DNA of 64,000 nucleotides from positions 205,537,741 through 205,601,740 of the forward strand of contig CM041465.1 of the NCBI GenBank assembly GCA_023213395.1, written 5' to 3'. Made by a program: the position numbers and the translations under genes. The stretch is from Cycas panzhihuaensis (taxonomy: Eukaryota > Plantae > Cycadophyta). Shown piece by piece: positions 1 through 13,833 of this stretch. The notes below the pieces were generated by a model. It did not search any database, was not told the DNA's origin, and saw nothing but the letters and a program-made list of their open reading frames with translations. Position 1 is the first letter of the stretch, and every line of letters starts with the position of its first letter.

Positions 1-2004
1 GCCCTCCCTAAAATTTCTGCCATTATAATAAAGAGATAGGGAGACAGGGGATCTCCCTGCCTCAACCCCCTTAATCTAGAAAAGAAGGGGGACGATGAGC
101 CATTTATTAACACAAAAAAAGAAGGGTTGGAAATACAACATCTCATCCAATCCCTCCAAACCTCCCCAAAACCAAAAGCCTTCAAACAGTCGAGGAGGCA
201 GTCCCAGGCTACCCTGTTGTAGGCCTTGGACATATCAGTTTTCACTATCATGCCCGCTTCTTTTCTGTGGTAGGTCGAATGAAACGTCTCAAGGACAGTA
301 ATTATGCTGTCTACGATCTATCTTCCCTTAACAAACCCATCCTGATTAGTAGAGATAATGAATGACAAACATTCCTTGAGGCAGTTTGGCAACAATTTTG
401 CCAGGATTTTGTACTTAACATTACACAAACTTATTGGTCTAAAGTCCTCCATGACTTCCGCACCCACTTTTTTGGGAATCAGAACCAAAAAAGTGGATTG
501 CCAATCTTTTAGAATTAGCTTTTTGTCGAAAAATTCGTTCATCGCCATAATTAAGTCATCTTTTATAATGTCCCAGTATTCCTGGTTGAACCCCGGGGAA
601 AAACCATCTGGCCTAGGAGCTTTATCCTGGCCCATGCTGAATAAGGCTTTCTCCACTTCCTCCAGGGTGAATGGCTCCATCAACTTTTTATTTTGGGCAT
701 CGTTGATCAGCCTCGGAATACATCTCAACATGTTCAAATGAACATCAGGATCCTGGCATCCAGGTTCTTCAAAAAGATCTTTAAAGTACTATGTCACTAT
801 GTTTCTAATTTGATCCTCAGTCACAGAAATATAACCCTCCTTATCACAGAGCTTTCTTATTCTATTATAGGATCTATGTTTTAGCGTCGACATATGAAAG
901 AACTTGGTGTTCCTGTCCCCCTCCGCAATCCAAAACTCCCTGGATTTCTGTCTCCAATGGAGTTCCTCGTTGCCCAACACCTCCTCTAGCTCTTTTGTGG
1001 TCTTGCATTCAAGTTGGTCTAGGGAAAGAGATCTTCCCTCTTCTTGGATCCTCAGCTCAACCCTATTCATGTCCTCCAACAGTCTCCCTTTATCTTCGAA
1101 AATGTTTCCAAACACCTCCTTGTTCCAAACTTTAATCTGTCTCTTTAACCAATTCAACTTCTTTGAGAATTTAAACATAGCATACCCTGCAACAGGGATA
1201 CTCCACCACTCCTTAATCCTAGCTCTGAGATCGGGATGTAGCATCCACATACACTCAAAGCGAAAGAGAGCCCCACTATAGTTATCTGGGTATGAAAACT
1301 CCAACAGAAGAGGAGAATGATCAGAGGTCATTTTTGGGAGAGCCTCAAGCTTGAAATCCCCATGACGACATAACCATTCATAATTTATCAACATCCTGTC
1401 TAGCTTAATCTAAATGTGATTATGCCCCAGTCTCCTATTTGACCACATATACCTGGCCCCCTTAAGAGGGACATCCATGAGCCCACCATTCTATAAGAAG
1501 TCTCCCAGGTTAGACATACCCCTAGACCACCCCTCTTGATCTCCTTTCTTATCCTTTGGGATCAAAGCTGAGTTAAAGTTCCCTACTACCAACCATAGGC
1601 CTTTCCACCCCCTGTGGACCTCCACTAAACTGTCCCATAATTGCTTTCTTCCCTCCATTGTCATAGGAGCATAAACATTTGTAACCTACCATAGGATATT
1701 TGTCCTTCTGCAAGCCAGACACACTGTGATAAAATGCTCCCCCTAAGCGACCTAGGACCCTTACCACAAACTTGGGTTCTAGAGGACAACGAGCCCTCTC
1801 GATCCTAAAGCTCCCTCTCTAGCCCTCATCTCCTCCCCCATGCCAAATCTTGTTTTTAACCTCCTTCTCTTTTGCCTGGTCCAATTTCATCTCCTATAAG
1901 AAAACTAAATCCGCTCTCACCCTAGTTCTCAACTCCTTCACCATTCTTTGCTTGGATCAGGTATTTAAGCCCCTTATGTTCCAGGAAAGGGCCTTCATGG
2001 TCAT
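1..2004 (-). pseudogene. LINE ORF2 N-terminal part (AP endonuclease plus reverse transcriptase), disrupted
   Basis: ATG at 2004 (MTMKALSWNIRGLN); ORF 789-1394 contains SDHSPL, FRFECMW and WIAEGDRNTKFFH; ORF 318-737 is RT. Confidence 0.92.
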
Positions 2005-2019
2005 CCTGCCCCCTCTCCC

Positions 2020-4090
2020 TTCAACCCCTCCTGCTTCTGAGGAGTGGGCCTTCAATCATATCCCCCTCCTTCAATATACTCTGGTATCCCATATCAATTT
2101 GGGTCATTGCTTCCTTTTCCCTTGTCGCTTTCCTCGTTGGTCTGCCTACCCTTTTCTCACTACCAAAGTCAGGTGCTCTCTTCGACTCCATCTGGCCTCC
2201 TTTGTCCTTTGTTATCCATTTACGGGTCCCTCCTCCTACGTTCCCTGGGTCTAGAGTCCTCCTGGCCTCAGAAAATGTTCTTGCGACTCTTGCATCTTCC
2301 TCCCCTTCTCCGCTGGGGTCAGCTCCACCTCCTGGTTTTGGGCTCGTGCCCTCCCCACTTCTTCCTCTAAGAGGTCATCCTCCTCATCCTAGTTGATTCC
2401 TTTCATATGCTCCTGTGTTGGTTTGCTTGTCTCTTGGGGAGACTCCTCATTTCGCAACCCTCCTAGATGACAATCAGGAACTTGTCATCCACCTTCGTGG
2501 ACTTCGGAGCCCTCAATGCCTTTACTGGATTCCCTAGTTAGAGTTGCTTTCTATACCTCCTCTTGTAGCAAAGTTGAGCCCCTGATTGGGGCCTCCCCCA
2601 TATCTACTTCTTTTTCTATCTTTTCAACATCTTTATATCCCTCTTCCTTGTCCTTCCCTATCAAATTTATTTCCCTTGGGCATTTTAATGGAAGGTGCCC
2701 CAAACGTCTACATCTTGAACATCTGAAACCTTCCAGTTCATAAACTAGTTTTTGCGTAATTTCCCATCCTCCTGTCTCTATGTCAACCTCTTCTAGAAGG
2801 TCTCCATCAAGATTTGCTAGGATGCAGAACCTGGCATTAATCAGTCAAGATCTATTCTTCATCATCAAATCTGTAGCTAAAAGGGGGCCAACTACTGTAA
2901 CTGCACCTTTAACCACTTCCAGGTTCCAAAAATGTAATGGGAGCCTTGACAATTGAACCTAGATTGGGGCTTATTTAATCCGAGGAACCGCTGGGTCAAA
3001 TTCTGGGTGCCATTTTTCCAAGGTCATGGCCCTCCTTCCAAACATCCACAGGGATTTTAATAAGGAAGCAATCATGTCTTCTTGGTTTGCGAATCTAAAG
3101 AGGACACATCCCTTTGGCATAGCTATCACCTCCACAGGGTTCTTTGTTTTCCGCTTATCTCTGATCTAACCCCTTCTAATATCCAACCCAGGTCTGGGTC
3201 CCAAAAACCTTCCCACCAAGCTGTTTTCCTAGTATTTTATTGTTTTATCTGTTAGCTCCCTTGGGACTGAGATTTTTATCCAGTTATCTTTTATCACAGC
3301 GTTAATAACAATTTCCTCGTCTCCCATTCCTCAAGATGTCAAGGTATGTCCTTCCCAAAGGAGAGGACTGAGGTTGGTCATCCTGTTTTTGCTCTATTTG
3401 AATTAAAGAAAAAATAAAACAAATAAAACCTGGGTAGAATAAGTCTTCATGGCCTCACCTTCAGCCTGTATTCTATACTCTAAGCTCTGCCGCTACTCTC
3501 TCCGCAGCTAGGGTCATCTCCTATCTGGAATGAACGAGCCCCTCCCAAAGCTGACACCAACCAACCACCACCGCCTCTGTTTAAGTCTTACTTCCTTCTT
3601 CCCTCTTCTATTGGTACATCTGCATATCTGTCCCTAGTAATCCTTTTAGAAATGTAGTCCTTCCAGACAAAAGTTATCTTCTTGTTATTATTGCCCCTTC
3701 TTTAAACCTTGGAGTGTCCCAACTCAACTTTACCTATCCCCAACTGGAACGTAGGATGAGATTTATTGCTTCTAGGCTACCCATCCAGAGGTACCGATAA
3801 AGAACAAAGTTTCTACCACACTTGGTTTTAGATGGAATCCCTGATTTCAGTCTTATCACGATGGCGCTTCTCCTTCTTCTGCTCATAAGAATCTTGGATC
3901 TCTATCTCTTTAGATGGGTGACGTCGCCATCAAATTAGGGCCATTCGTTCGAGCTTGCTCCATGCTTTGCTTTTAGTTCGTCTACCCACCTCAAGCTTCC
4001 TAAGTTGATAATAGTCGCATTAGCTACCCATTGCCCTAGTTCTACAGTCCAACTTAGGGGCCTCCCCTACCTCCTTCGACGAAGAACCAT
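2020..4090 (-). pseudogene. LINE ORF1 (DUF4283-like region plus CX2CX4HX4C zinc knuckle), disrupted
   Basis: QKLVYELEGFRCSRCRRLGHLPLKCP at ~2680-2760 and WHPEFDP...VQLSRLPLHFWNLEVV at ~2900-3015. Several in-frame stops; start uncertain. Confidence 0.8.
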
Positions 4091-4380
4091 TCCTCTCTGC
4101 AAAAATCCTTAAATGCACTTTCTTTTAACCTGAACTTAAAATCAAAGGAGGTGGTTCAGAGTTGCTCAGCAACTTGAAACCCGTTAGAGTGCAAATGCAA
4201 TGTAGTGTGACTCGAAATTGAATAGACCTGCCTCATAAGCATCTAACTAAGCCTCAACCTTACCAACTCGGATCCTTACACCCTCTTTGGGCCTCATTTC
4301 TTTGGCTCAACAAGGATGTCACTACTTTCCAGATTTCAGGGAAGGATTCGATGCCATCTGCATAGGATAGAAGTGAATCT

Positions 4381-7300
4381 CATGCTACCATAGTTATAAC
4401 TGTGTAAATAGTTATCATTTTTGTTACTAGAGCAAATGTTTCTTCATAATCAATACTTGTAGTCAAAATATATGCTTTTGCCACTAGCCTGACTTTAAAT
4501 TTTTTAATGCTACCATTAGACTTTTATTTTATTTTGTAAATCTATTTGCACCCCATAATTGGTTTACCTTTAGGAGAGGGAATTGATTCTCAAGTCTTAT
4601 TTTGTTTAATAGAGAGTATTTCCTTATTTATAGATTTTAGTTATTTTAAATTTTTACAAACTTCTTCATAGTTCTAAGGTTCAATTGAGCAAATTAATGC
4701 TTAATATCTTTGAGATCTTATTTTCTGTTAAAAAATATATCCTTTTGATTCTTCCATAGTTTTAAAGTACCACTTGTGCAACGTTTTTTTATACTGTATA
4801 GTTTCTTCTGAAGAATCATTTTCCTATTCTTTTATCTCTTTAAGATTATTGTTAGTGTCTTCTTGAGATGTAGTTGCTTCTTTAGTTATAGCTTATTTGT
4901 TAGGAATCTCTATAGTTTCTTCCTAAATTAATTTATTTTTTGAGGTACATACTTGATCATTTTCTATTTAGGTTGTTTAATCAAATGTGACTTCTGTGTT
5001 AATATAAATTTTATTAGTTTTTGGATTTGTGCATCTGTACACTTTAGACTTACTATTAAATCTAATCATAATATACTTAATATTTTTGTCATCTAATTTA
5101 GACCCTTTTTTACTAGGAATATACACATAAGTAGTATTTCCAAAAACTCTAAGATGACTTACTTCAGGTTTTCTATTTAACCACATTTTTTTTGGAAAAA
5201 ACTTTTTGAAGAGTTTTTATGGGATTTCTATTTATAAGATATATATATGTATTAATGACTTTAGCTCGATATGCATTAGATATTCTTTTTTCTTTTATCA
5301 TACATTTGGCTATTTCTATTATAGTTTTATTTAATCTTTTAGCTATTCCATTAGATTGTGGAGTATAAGGGGTAGTAAGTTGTCTACAAATGTAATGCAT
5401 TTTAAAGAAATAAAAAAAATTATTTGAGATATATTCTCCTTCTCCATCTGTTCTAAGAATTTTGATTTGATGTTTACTTTTTAATTCAACTTGAGCTTTG
5501 AATTCTTTAAAAATATTACAAGTTTTTGACTTGTTAAAGTTGAAAAACACTTAGTTTTTTTTGCTAAAGTTATTTATAAAAGTAAGGAAATACCTGGCAC
5601 CATTAACAAAATTTGGTATAATTAGTTTATATATATCACTATGAACCAATTTCAATCTTTCTTGTACTTTCCAATTACTTTCTTAAAACTAGGATATGTG
5701 TTGTTTACCTATCACATAATTATTACAAATATAAGAACTTATTATAATATTATCAGGTAATTCATTAACCAAATTTAATCTTTTAATTATTTTCAACTTA
5801 TCATCTGCAATATCTCTATCCTAAAATACCATATTTCATTATTAATGTTGTGAACAACAAAAAAACTTTATAGAAAGAGATAGAATGGGAGTAAAGACTA
5901 ATTTATAAAGATTATCCATCTTTTATCCCATCTTTTATATCACATATGTAACATTTTTCATCTTCATAAAAAATGATTTGAAGTTTTTCCGTTTTTAATT
6001 GAGATACAGAAAAAAAAAAAAAAACCATAGGGCAAATGGAACATTACCAATCTTTTTTATTTTTTTATTAATTTTTATTATTATGGCTCCTTTGCCTTTT
6101 ATGCATAAAGGAAAGTTGTTTCTGAGTTGAACAATTTTGTTTGAGAAATATGGATAAAGAGTCTTAAACTAGTCTTCTCTTCCTATCATATGATTCTAAA
6201 CCTAAGAGTCTATGAACCAATCCTCACTATTTCAGATGTAAGAAGCTAATGTGGTAATAAATTTAGTTTCTTGATCCTCATCTTTGGACTGCTCACTATT
6301 GTAGTTGCCTTCAATGTGTTTTCCCTTATAAATCTTTGTTTTCTGTGTAGACAACTGCTAAAAAGGTATCAGAATTTTCCACAATGATAACATGGATGAG
6401 TTTCCATTGATCTGTAGTCATTAGCAAAATATCCTTGTCTCCCATAGTGATAATATATTTGGTTAACTACTAATTTACCTCTAATAACTCTTAATTGTCC
6501 TCATATGGATCTCTCTTTGCCTCTTGTATCTGATGACCTGCTTGTGAAACTTCCTATGCTGAAATCTCATTCTCTAATTCTTAGTCTTGAGATGAATGTT
6601 TCTTCAATCTCAATTTCTTCTTCACATCTTCATATCCTTTGTTCTTGTTATAGAAGATGTCCATAAAGAGTGTTAAAGGACATAGTATTAGCTTGCCCTC
6701 TTATAATGAGAGTATTTATAAGGTTATCAAATAACTTTTTTAGCTTGTTTAGAATGAGGCAAACAATCTTTATATTACATACAAGTTCACTAACAGATGC
6801 TAGATTATCTTTAACTTCTACCACTTTGGTAATGAAGTTAGAGACTTGTTCACCCTCTCTTAGATGTAATCGGTATCATTATTCATTTAGGGTAATTATT
6901 TGGGCTTTAGTTTTTTAGCTATACAGGGTAGCAAGGATCTTCTAGGCTTCTATAAACGTGAATGCTTCACTAATAAGAGGCAGTACATGGTCTCTTATAG
7001 ATACTGTAATGGTTGTCTGGACATGTTTATCTCTTTCTTTCCAACTAGTAAGCTTCATAGAGTTTGTTGCACCTTGTTTTTTTTCTTTATTTGGGATAAT
7101 ATCTTAGGCATTTTTTACAACTAGAAGGCCTTTTATTTTGATTTTCGAGGCATCATAATTTTGTCTTATCAATTTATTGGAGTCCCCCAATGAGTAGACA
7201 AGGGCTATTTTATCAAAAAGGATGATAAGAAACTATTGAAAAGACTATTTTTTTTCTAGTAATTTAAAGTTATACAATCGTATATTTTTACAAAAAGAGT

Positions 7301-8104
7301 AAAGGTGTATAGATGGCAATAAAAGTACCCCTAAATTAAAGCCCTCTTTATTGGTTTATCTAATCTATAGATGGAATTTCTATATATCCTCTCGTTTGAC
7401 TAGAAAATGATCCGAAAGTCTAAGTGGTGGTTAGAGTTTAAAATATATTTTTTCTTATATCTTAAAATTTCTCAAGAAAAATTTATAAATTTATACTTGA
7501 TGGAAAGCTTACATTATACCAAAGATTTTAAGACCAATTTCAAGCACTAAAATAAAAAAAATTAAGAAAAAATAACATAGGAAGACTTAAAATCATGCCC
7601 ACTTCTTTTTTTTTTAAATTTTTTGCTAATGGTGGCTAAATTTGCAATTGATCCTTTAGAATAATAAACTCTTCTCATTAAGACACTTAAGTTGGTGAAA
7701 TATTACTACAATCTAAGTAATTTAATTTTTTGGTTATACAAGGGAATATAAATCTATAAAGATGTTGTATAGTAGATCATACATAATCTTGAAGTATTAT
7801 GTATCACAAAAAAAATCTTTAGGTTTATTCTTCAATTTTCTCCTTCTTCTCAATCTTTTACAGATGCCCTAATAGCTATGCTCTTATACCATGTTGAAAA
7901 ATAAAATATGGAAAAGAAAAGTGTTCTTCATTAATAATAGATATGAGTTTCTCTCTCATATAAATACATCAAGTTTATATGAGAGATTAGATATATGTAT
8001 ACCAAGTGTTACTTTATGATAAAAGAGGGGTCATGACACATGACATTTAATTATATATGAGTCCCTTAATATAAAACAAAAGATAAAACATTAATATTCT
8101 AATA
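4381..8104 (-). mobile_element. Ty1/copia element A, 5' portion (LTR, PBS, leader, gag, protease, integrase, start of RT), cut by the LINE
   Basis: Integrase fragments in ORFs 4977-5186 and 5173-5550 (IKILRTDGEGEY, TPYTPQSNGIA). RT start KVRLVAK..IDYEETFA at ~4400-4520. Reverse PBS at 7880-7891 next to an LTR. Confidence 0.88.
7892..8104 (-). repeat. 5' LTR of copia element A
   Basis: TGTTG...CTAATA (decayed TG..CA) immediately adjacent to reverse PBS GCTCTTATACCA at 7880-7891. Partner LTR is not in the window. Confidence 0.7.
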
Positions 8105-11100
8105 AAATCTATAGAGGAAGAGGGCAAGGTTGAAGGGGAAGGAACCAAGGATAAAGAAAAAGAACTCATGGAGGTAGAGGAGGAGAAACAATACAATGTT
8201 CTTATTGCTATAGAAATGGATAGTTATAAATTAATTATTTTATAAAAAAAGTCCAACATACAAAGGAGAATAATAGATATAGCAGTTAAAGAACTAAGGG
8301 AGAATAAAAGGATTTTCCTTTCAAGTCTAATGGTTAATAAAGAGGAGGATAGTTGGTACATTAATTTAGGTTGCTCTACCCATATGACTGATAAGAAAGA
8401 ATGGTTTAAAGAGTTGGATAATTCTCATACAAAATAAATCATATTTGGAGATAATACTATTCAAGCTATAATTGGTAAAGAGAATATAACCATCTAAACA
8501 AATTTTGGGGAGACCAAGTATGTCAATGGTGTGCTTCATATCCTTGCACTAAAAAAAAACTTATTATTAGTTGATCAAATAATAGAGCAAAAGTATAAAC
8601 TTATATTTAATGATGGGGAGTACATAATTAGGGACAAGTTAAAGAATAAAACAAAAATTGCCAAGGATCAAATAATAAGTGATAGATTGTTTAAGAGTCA
8701 TACCCCCAAATGACTACTATGCCTTAAAAGTATTAATTGATGTGGATAGTGAGACATGGCATAAAATATTTGGTTATGTGAACTATAACAACTTAGCATT
8801 CATAAGAAAAATGGAAATGGTGAATAGTCTATCCAACATTGAACATCATAAAAAAATATGTGAATGATGTATATTAGGCAAGTAATAAAGGGAAGTATTC
8901 CTAAATGATAGATATAGAGCAAATAGGCCACTACAATTAGTATATATAGATTTGTGTGGACTAATGGATGTGGCATCACTTAGAGAAGTTAAGTATTTCA
9001 TAACTTTTATTGATGACTTTATAAGAATGACTTGGGTTATTTTCTCAAATTTAAATTATATGCATTTTAATGCTTTGTTGATTTCAAAGTGATGATTAGA
9101 AGATAAAATGGCCATAAAATATTAGCTCTTCAGATAATAGGGGAGAGTTCATTTTAAATGAATTTAAGGACTATTGTTAGTACTATGGGATAAGGAAGTA
9201 GGTCACTAATCCTTACACCCGTCAACAAAATGGGATAATAAAAAGAAAAAATAAGATTATTGTTAAGATGACAAGGAGTATACTTAAGGATAAATATCTT
9301 GGCAATGAGTTTTGGGCACAAGTTTTTCATACAATTGTTTACTTATTAAATAAATGCACAATAAAATCAATTAAACAAGTCATACTTGAAAAGCCTTGGA
9401 TAAGTCACAAGCCAAGCACCACACACTTAAGGGCTTTTAGATGTATAGCATATGCACATGTTGTAAAATAGAGAAGGGCTAAGTAAATGATAAAAATACT
9501 AAGTGCATGTTTATAGGATATAGTGATATATCAAGATCTTGTAAATTATATAACCATAAGGGTAAAAGAATCATCATAAGTAGGGATGTCATCTTCAATT
9601 AAGATGAATTCTATCAAGAAGAATATGTTGAAAAAGATGAAGGAAAAAGTATTATGGTTGATGTAGAGCTTAACTTAAATGGTATAAATGTACCTAATAC
9701 ATGTGAAGCAGGTCCATCTATTTTAAACCAAAAGGTTCTAAAATAGGTGCAAATGGGTTATACCCCTCAAGACATATAAACACAAACATTGAGAGAAAGA
9801 AAACTAGATATCAAAGGGTAAATTTTGCACTAATGACTCTAGTTATAGAGTCAAATAAGCCTAAAATTTTTAAAGAGATAAATAGTCAAGATAAATAGAA
9901 AGAAATGATGGAAGAGAAGTGTAGTGTCTTAATGATGAATGTCACTTAAGAGTTAGTTGATTTGCCACTAAGGAAAAATAACATTGGGATAAAATAGGTC
10001 TATAAAAGTAAGTATAAGTTAGATGGTTTAATTGGCAAGTACAAGACATCATTAGTTACATAGGATTATGCTCAAGTTAAAGAGATAGATTATAATGAAA
10101 CATTTACACTAGTTGCAAATTAGAAATAGTTAGATTAATCATAGTCTTAGCTACATAACAAGGTTGGTCAATCCATTAGATGGATTTAAAGAGTGCCTTC
10201 TTGAATAGATATATTGATGAAGAGATATATGTTCAACAACCTAAGGGTTTTGAAGTGAAGAATAAAGAAGACAAGGTCTATAAACTTAAAAAGACCTTGT
10301 ATAGACTCAAACATGCACCTAAAATATGGTACTCTAAGATTGATAAATACTTCAAGGGTAAGGGATTCTTAAGGAGTGAATTAGACCCCAATTTGTATAT
10401 TAAGTTAGAAGGACACTCAATATTAAATGTGGACTTATATATGGATGATCTAGTATATATTGAGAATTGTGATTACTTATCCTAAAATTTTAAAGAATAT
10501 ATGTGTAAGGAGTTTGAAATGATAGATTTAGGACTTATACATTACTTGTTAGGCATTGAAGTGTGGTAGGATAAAAAATGGGTGTTTATGTCATAAAGAA
10601 AATACATATTAAATATGTTGCATAAGTTTAATATGGCTAGTTATAAGCGACTTGTAATATTAGTAGAAGTTGGGTTGAAATTATTTAAATTTGAGGAGTC
10701 TGAATCAATTAACTATACTCTTTACAAGTAGTTGATTAGGAGCCTCATTTACTTAACTTTAACTCAACTTGATATTATATATGCAATCAGTTTGGTTTCT
10801 AAATTTATACATGAGCCTAAAGTAAAACATTGCTAAGCAGCTAAAAGAATTCTCAGGTATCTCAAAGGCACTATTGGGTATGAATTATATTACATGTCAT
10901 TAGGAGATTATAAGTTGATTAGTTATACAGACTTAGACTAGGTAGGTTGTGTAGATGATAAGAATTCTACTTTAGGTTATGCATCCAGTTTAGGTTCAAT
11001 AACAATTCAAAGAAGTAGGCAATAATATCTCTTTCTATTGCAAAAGTAGAATATAAGGCAGTTGTAGTAGGAGCTTATGAGACAATTTGATTTAGGAGGT

Positions 11101-11645
11101 TACTTTAGGATTTGCAGAAGGAACATATTTATTTCATACAACTATTTTGTGATAACCAAAGTACCATTCAAATAACTAGGAATCTAGTGTTTCATAGCAT
11201 GACAAAGTACATTAAAACATAAGATCACTTCATTAGAGAGTTAATGTAACAAAGTGAGTTAGAGTTAGTCTATTGCAGTACAAAGGATTAGGTGGCAAAC
11301 GTCTTCACCAAGGCACTAAAAAAAATAAAATTTAATAAATTCAAAGATAAGTTTGGAGTCCCTCTAAATGGACATTATGAGGGAGAAATATTGGGATAAT
11401 GCCCACATTAGGGTTATTTCTAAATATTTTATTATTAGATTATGGCAACACTTTATTCGGTATTTGCCAATGCTAAGTGATAGTAGACCTTAAAAGGTGT
11501 GTTAATGAACTATTAGTCTCACCTATTTATTTATGGGATTCAAAGACCCTAAAGTTTATCAACACCACCCACATGTTGGATCTATTTAATTCTTCTTATT
11601 TTTGTCTTATCTTGCATGTTTTTTTGTTTATGATAACTTTCAAGC
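8105..11645 (+). mobile_element. Ty1/copia element B: gag C-terminus, protease, integrase, RT, RNase H, PPT and 3' LTR; pseudogenised
   Basis: Knuckle remnant CSYC ~8197, protease WYINLGCSTHMT ~8354, RT MDLKSAFLN...LYMDDL (10180-10485), RNase H to ~11370, PPT GAGGGAGAAA ~11379-11388. LTR ~11389-11645 (end approximate). Confidence 0.88.
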
Positions 11646-13833
11646 AAAGAAATGAAGAATGAAATTGATGAGAGAAGTGAAAAGAATGTGAAAATTTCTA
11701 TAAATGTTCCATTTTCCTCCTCTCCTCTTAATAAGTTACTCAAATAGTATATGCGAACCATTAAAGATTCCAAGGTTGAAGACATCAATATTGATGTTAA
11801 GTATTTAGGCATGAAGTAAGGACACTATAAATTGGTGTCAAATGTCTTAAACATTGATGAACCCTAGTCATTTATTAAAGCTAAGGATGTATCTCATTGG
11901 CAATCAACTATATAAGAGGAGTATGAATCTATTATTAAAAATGATAGATGGGATCTTGTTGAGCTTCTTTTAGATAAGAACGTTGTTAGTTGTAGATGGG
12001 TTTACAAAGTAAAGTTTTAATCAGATATAAGGCTTGATTTGTAACCAAGGGTTATGCAAATATTAAAGGTGGATATTTTGAAGAAACTTTTTCACTTGCA
12101 GCCAAAATGACTACCATTTAAATATTAGTAAATCTTACATCTCATTTTGGTTGGGAATTTCACCAATAAGATGTCAACAGTGCTTTCCTCCCTAGCAATC
12201 TTGATAAGGAGGTTTATATGCAATAACTTAGAGGTTTTGTGCAAGTTGGTAAGGAGTAACTTATATGTAGATGGAAGAAAGTCTTATATGGGCTCAAATA
12301 GGTACCAAGAGTATGGTATTTATGTATCGGCAATTATTTTATTTCTTCTAGGTTCACTAAATATAAATCAGATTATGATTTGTATGTAAAACATAAGGAT
12401 GGTAAGATACTCATAGTATTTATCTATATTGATGACCTTATTATTTCTAGCAATAACACTTCTTAGATTAACTATCTTAAGAAGTAACCTTTTGAAGCTT
12501 TTGAGATTCCTAATCTTAGCCTTCTATATTACTATCTTGGTATGGAGTTTTGGTAAAAAAGTAATATCATCTTTATATCTTAATCTAAATATGTATATAG
12601 TTTGTTGAGACATTTCTATAAGGGGGATTTAAAGACAATGGTTACTCCCATGGAAGTAGGTCTCAAATTGACTAAGGGTGTTAATGATGGAATTGTTGAT
12701 GGTACCTTATATAGGTAGCTAGTTGATAGTCTCATCTACATTACTACCATTAGGTCTGACATTAGTTATGTTGTTGGTGTTATAACTTAATTTATGAGTG
12801 CTCCATCCATTTCTCATTGGAAGGAAACAAAACACATACTAAGATACGTTAAAGGCATTATTAGATTTGGGCTTTCATTTTATAGAGTTGATGAGTTTAA
12901 ATTACAGGGATTTATAGATGTAGATTGGGTAGGAGGTGTTGATGGTAGGAAATTTACATTAGGAAATATGTTTGTATTTAGTTTTGGTATGATCTCTTGG
13001 TGTAGCAAGAAGCAAGCTACAATATTTTTGTTTTCCACTAAAGGAGAATATAAGGCAATAATAGTAGCTACATGTGAAGTAATTTAGCTAAGGAGGTTAC
13101 TTGGTCACTTTAGACTTTTATAAGATGATCCTACTTCATTGTTTTGTGATAATTAGGGTGAAATCCAACTTTCAAATAATCCAGTCTTATATGTTAAGAC
13201 AAAGTATGTGGAAGTTAATCATCACTTCATTAAGGAGCAAGTGCAGTGCAAAATAACTAGATGGGTCTATTGTCCTACTGCGAATCAACTTATAGACATT
13301 CTCACTAAGACATTGAGTCGTGAAAAGTTCAAAGGGTTTAGAAAACTATTATTTATGAGAGATAATAAATTACACATTATAATGGGTGTTAAAATAATGT
13401 CTAATTCATACTCATTCTTTACTCCGAGTTGATTGATGAGTCACATTAGGCAGGTCTTCTTGTGAGTTATGTATCCATTCTTTTCTCTCATATTCAGGAG
13501 CATGTATATATTGTAACGACTAGTTTCTCACATGCAAAAGCTTGTATGAGTTATATCTGATGTTTTCTTTATTTTTACATTATTATTTTCTTTCACACTT
13601 ATTATTTATAAGAGGTGATCTTACTCTATTATAATCATTATATAAGGATTTACCTTCGAGTCTTTGTGCAACATTACAGGTTTATGCTTTTTCTTGCCTT
13701 GGAGAATAGATTAGTGAGAGCTCATTGTATACATTTTGATGTAATATAAGATTCTTTTGTTTTTTAAGTCATTGTGAAAATGTGTTTTTGTTTTGCTCCC
13801 ATATTTTTGTTGTGTTCACTTTAATTTCCAATA
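11646..13833 (+). mobile_element. Ty1/copia element C: RT, RNase H and 3' LTR fragment
   Basis: RT YIDDL ~12426; ORF 12794-13087 (LQGFIDVDWVG, ISWCSKKQAT); ORF 13208-13432 (HHFIKE, NQLIDILTK). LTR TGTTAA...TTCCAATA at 13387-13833. Confidence 0.87.

Larger units (their letters stand above)
1..4380 (-). mobile_element. L1-clade LINE, 5' part (5'UTR, ORF1, APE and RT of ORF2); runs off the window start
   Basis: Minus-strand translations give the ORF1 zinc knuckle, APE start MKALSWNIRGLN and RT motifs KAPRPDGF, FRPISLCNVKYKI and GLRQGDPLSPYLFII. Visibly more GC-rich than the flanks. It abuts a truncated copia RT at ~4381; the 5' end is approximate. Confidence 0.93.

Noticed and set aside
95-2743. 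Plus-strand ORFs over the left LINE
   Set aside because: Antisense shadows of ORF1 and ORF2 with no independent motifs.
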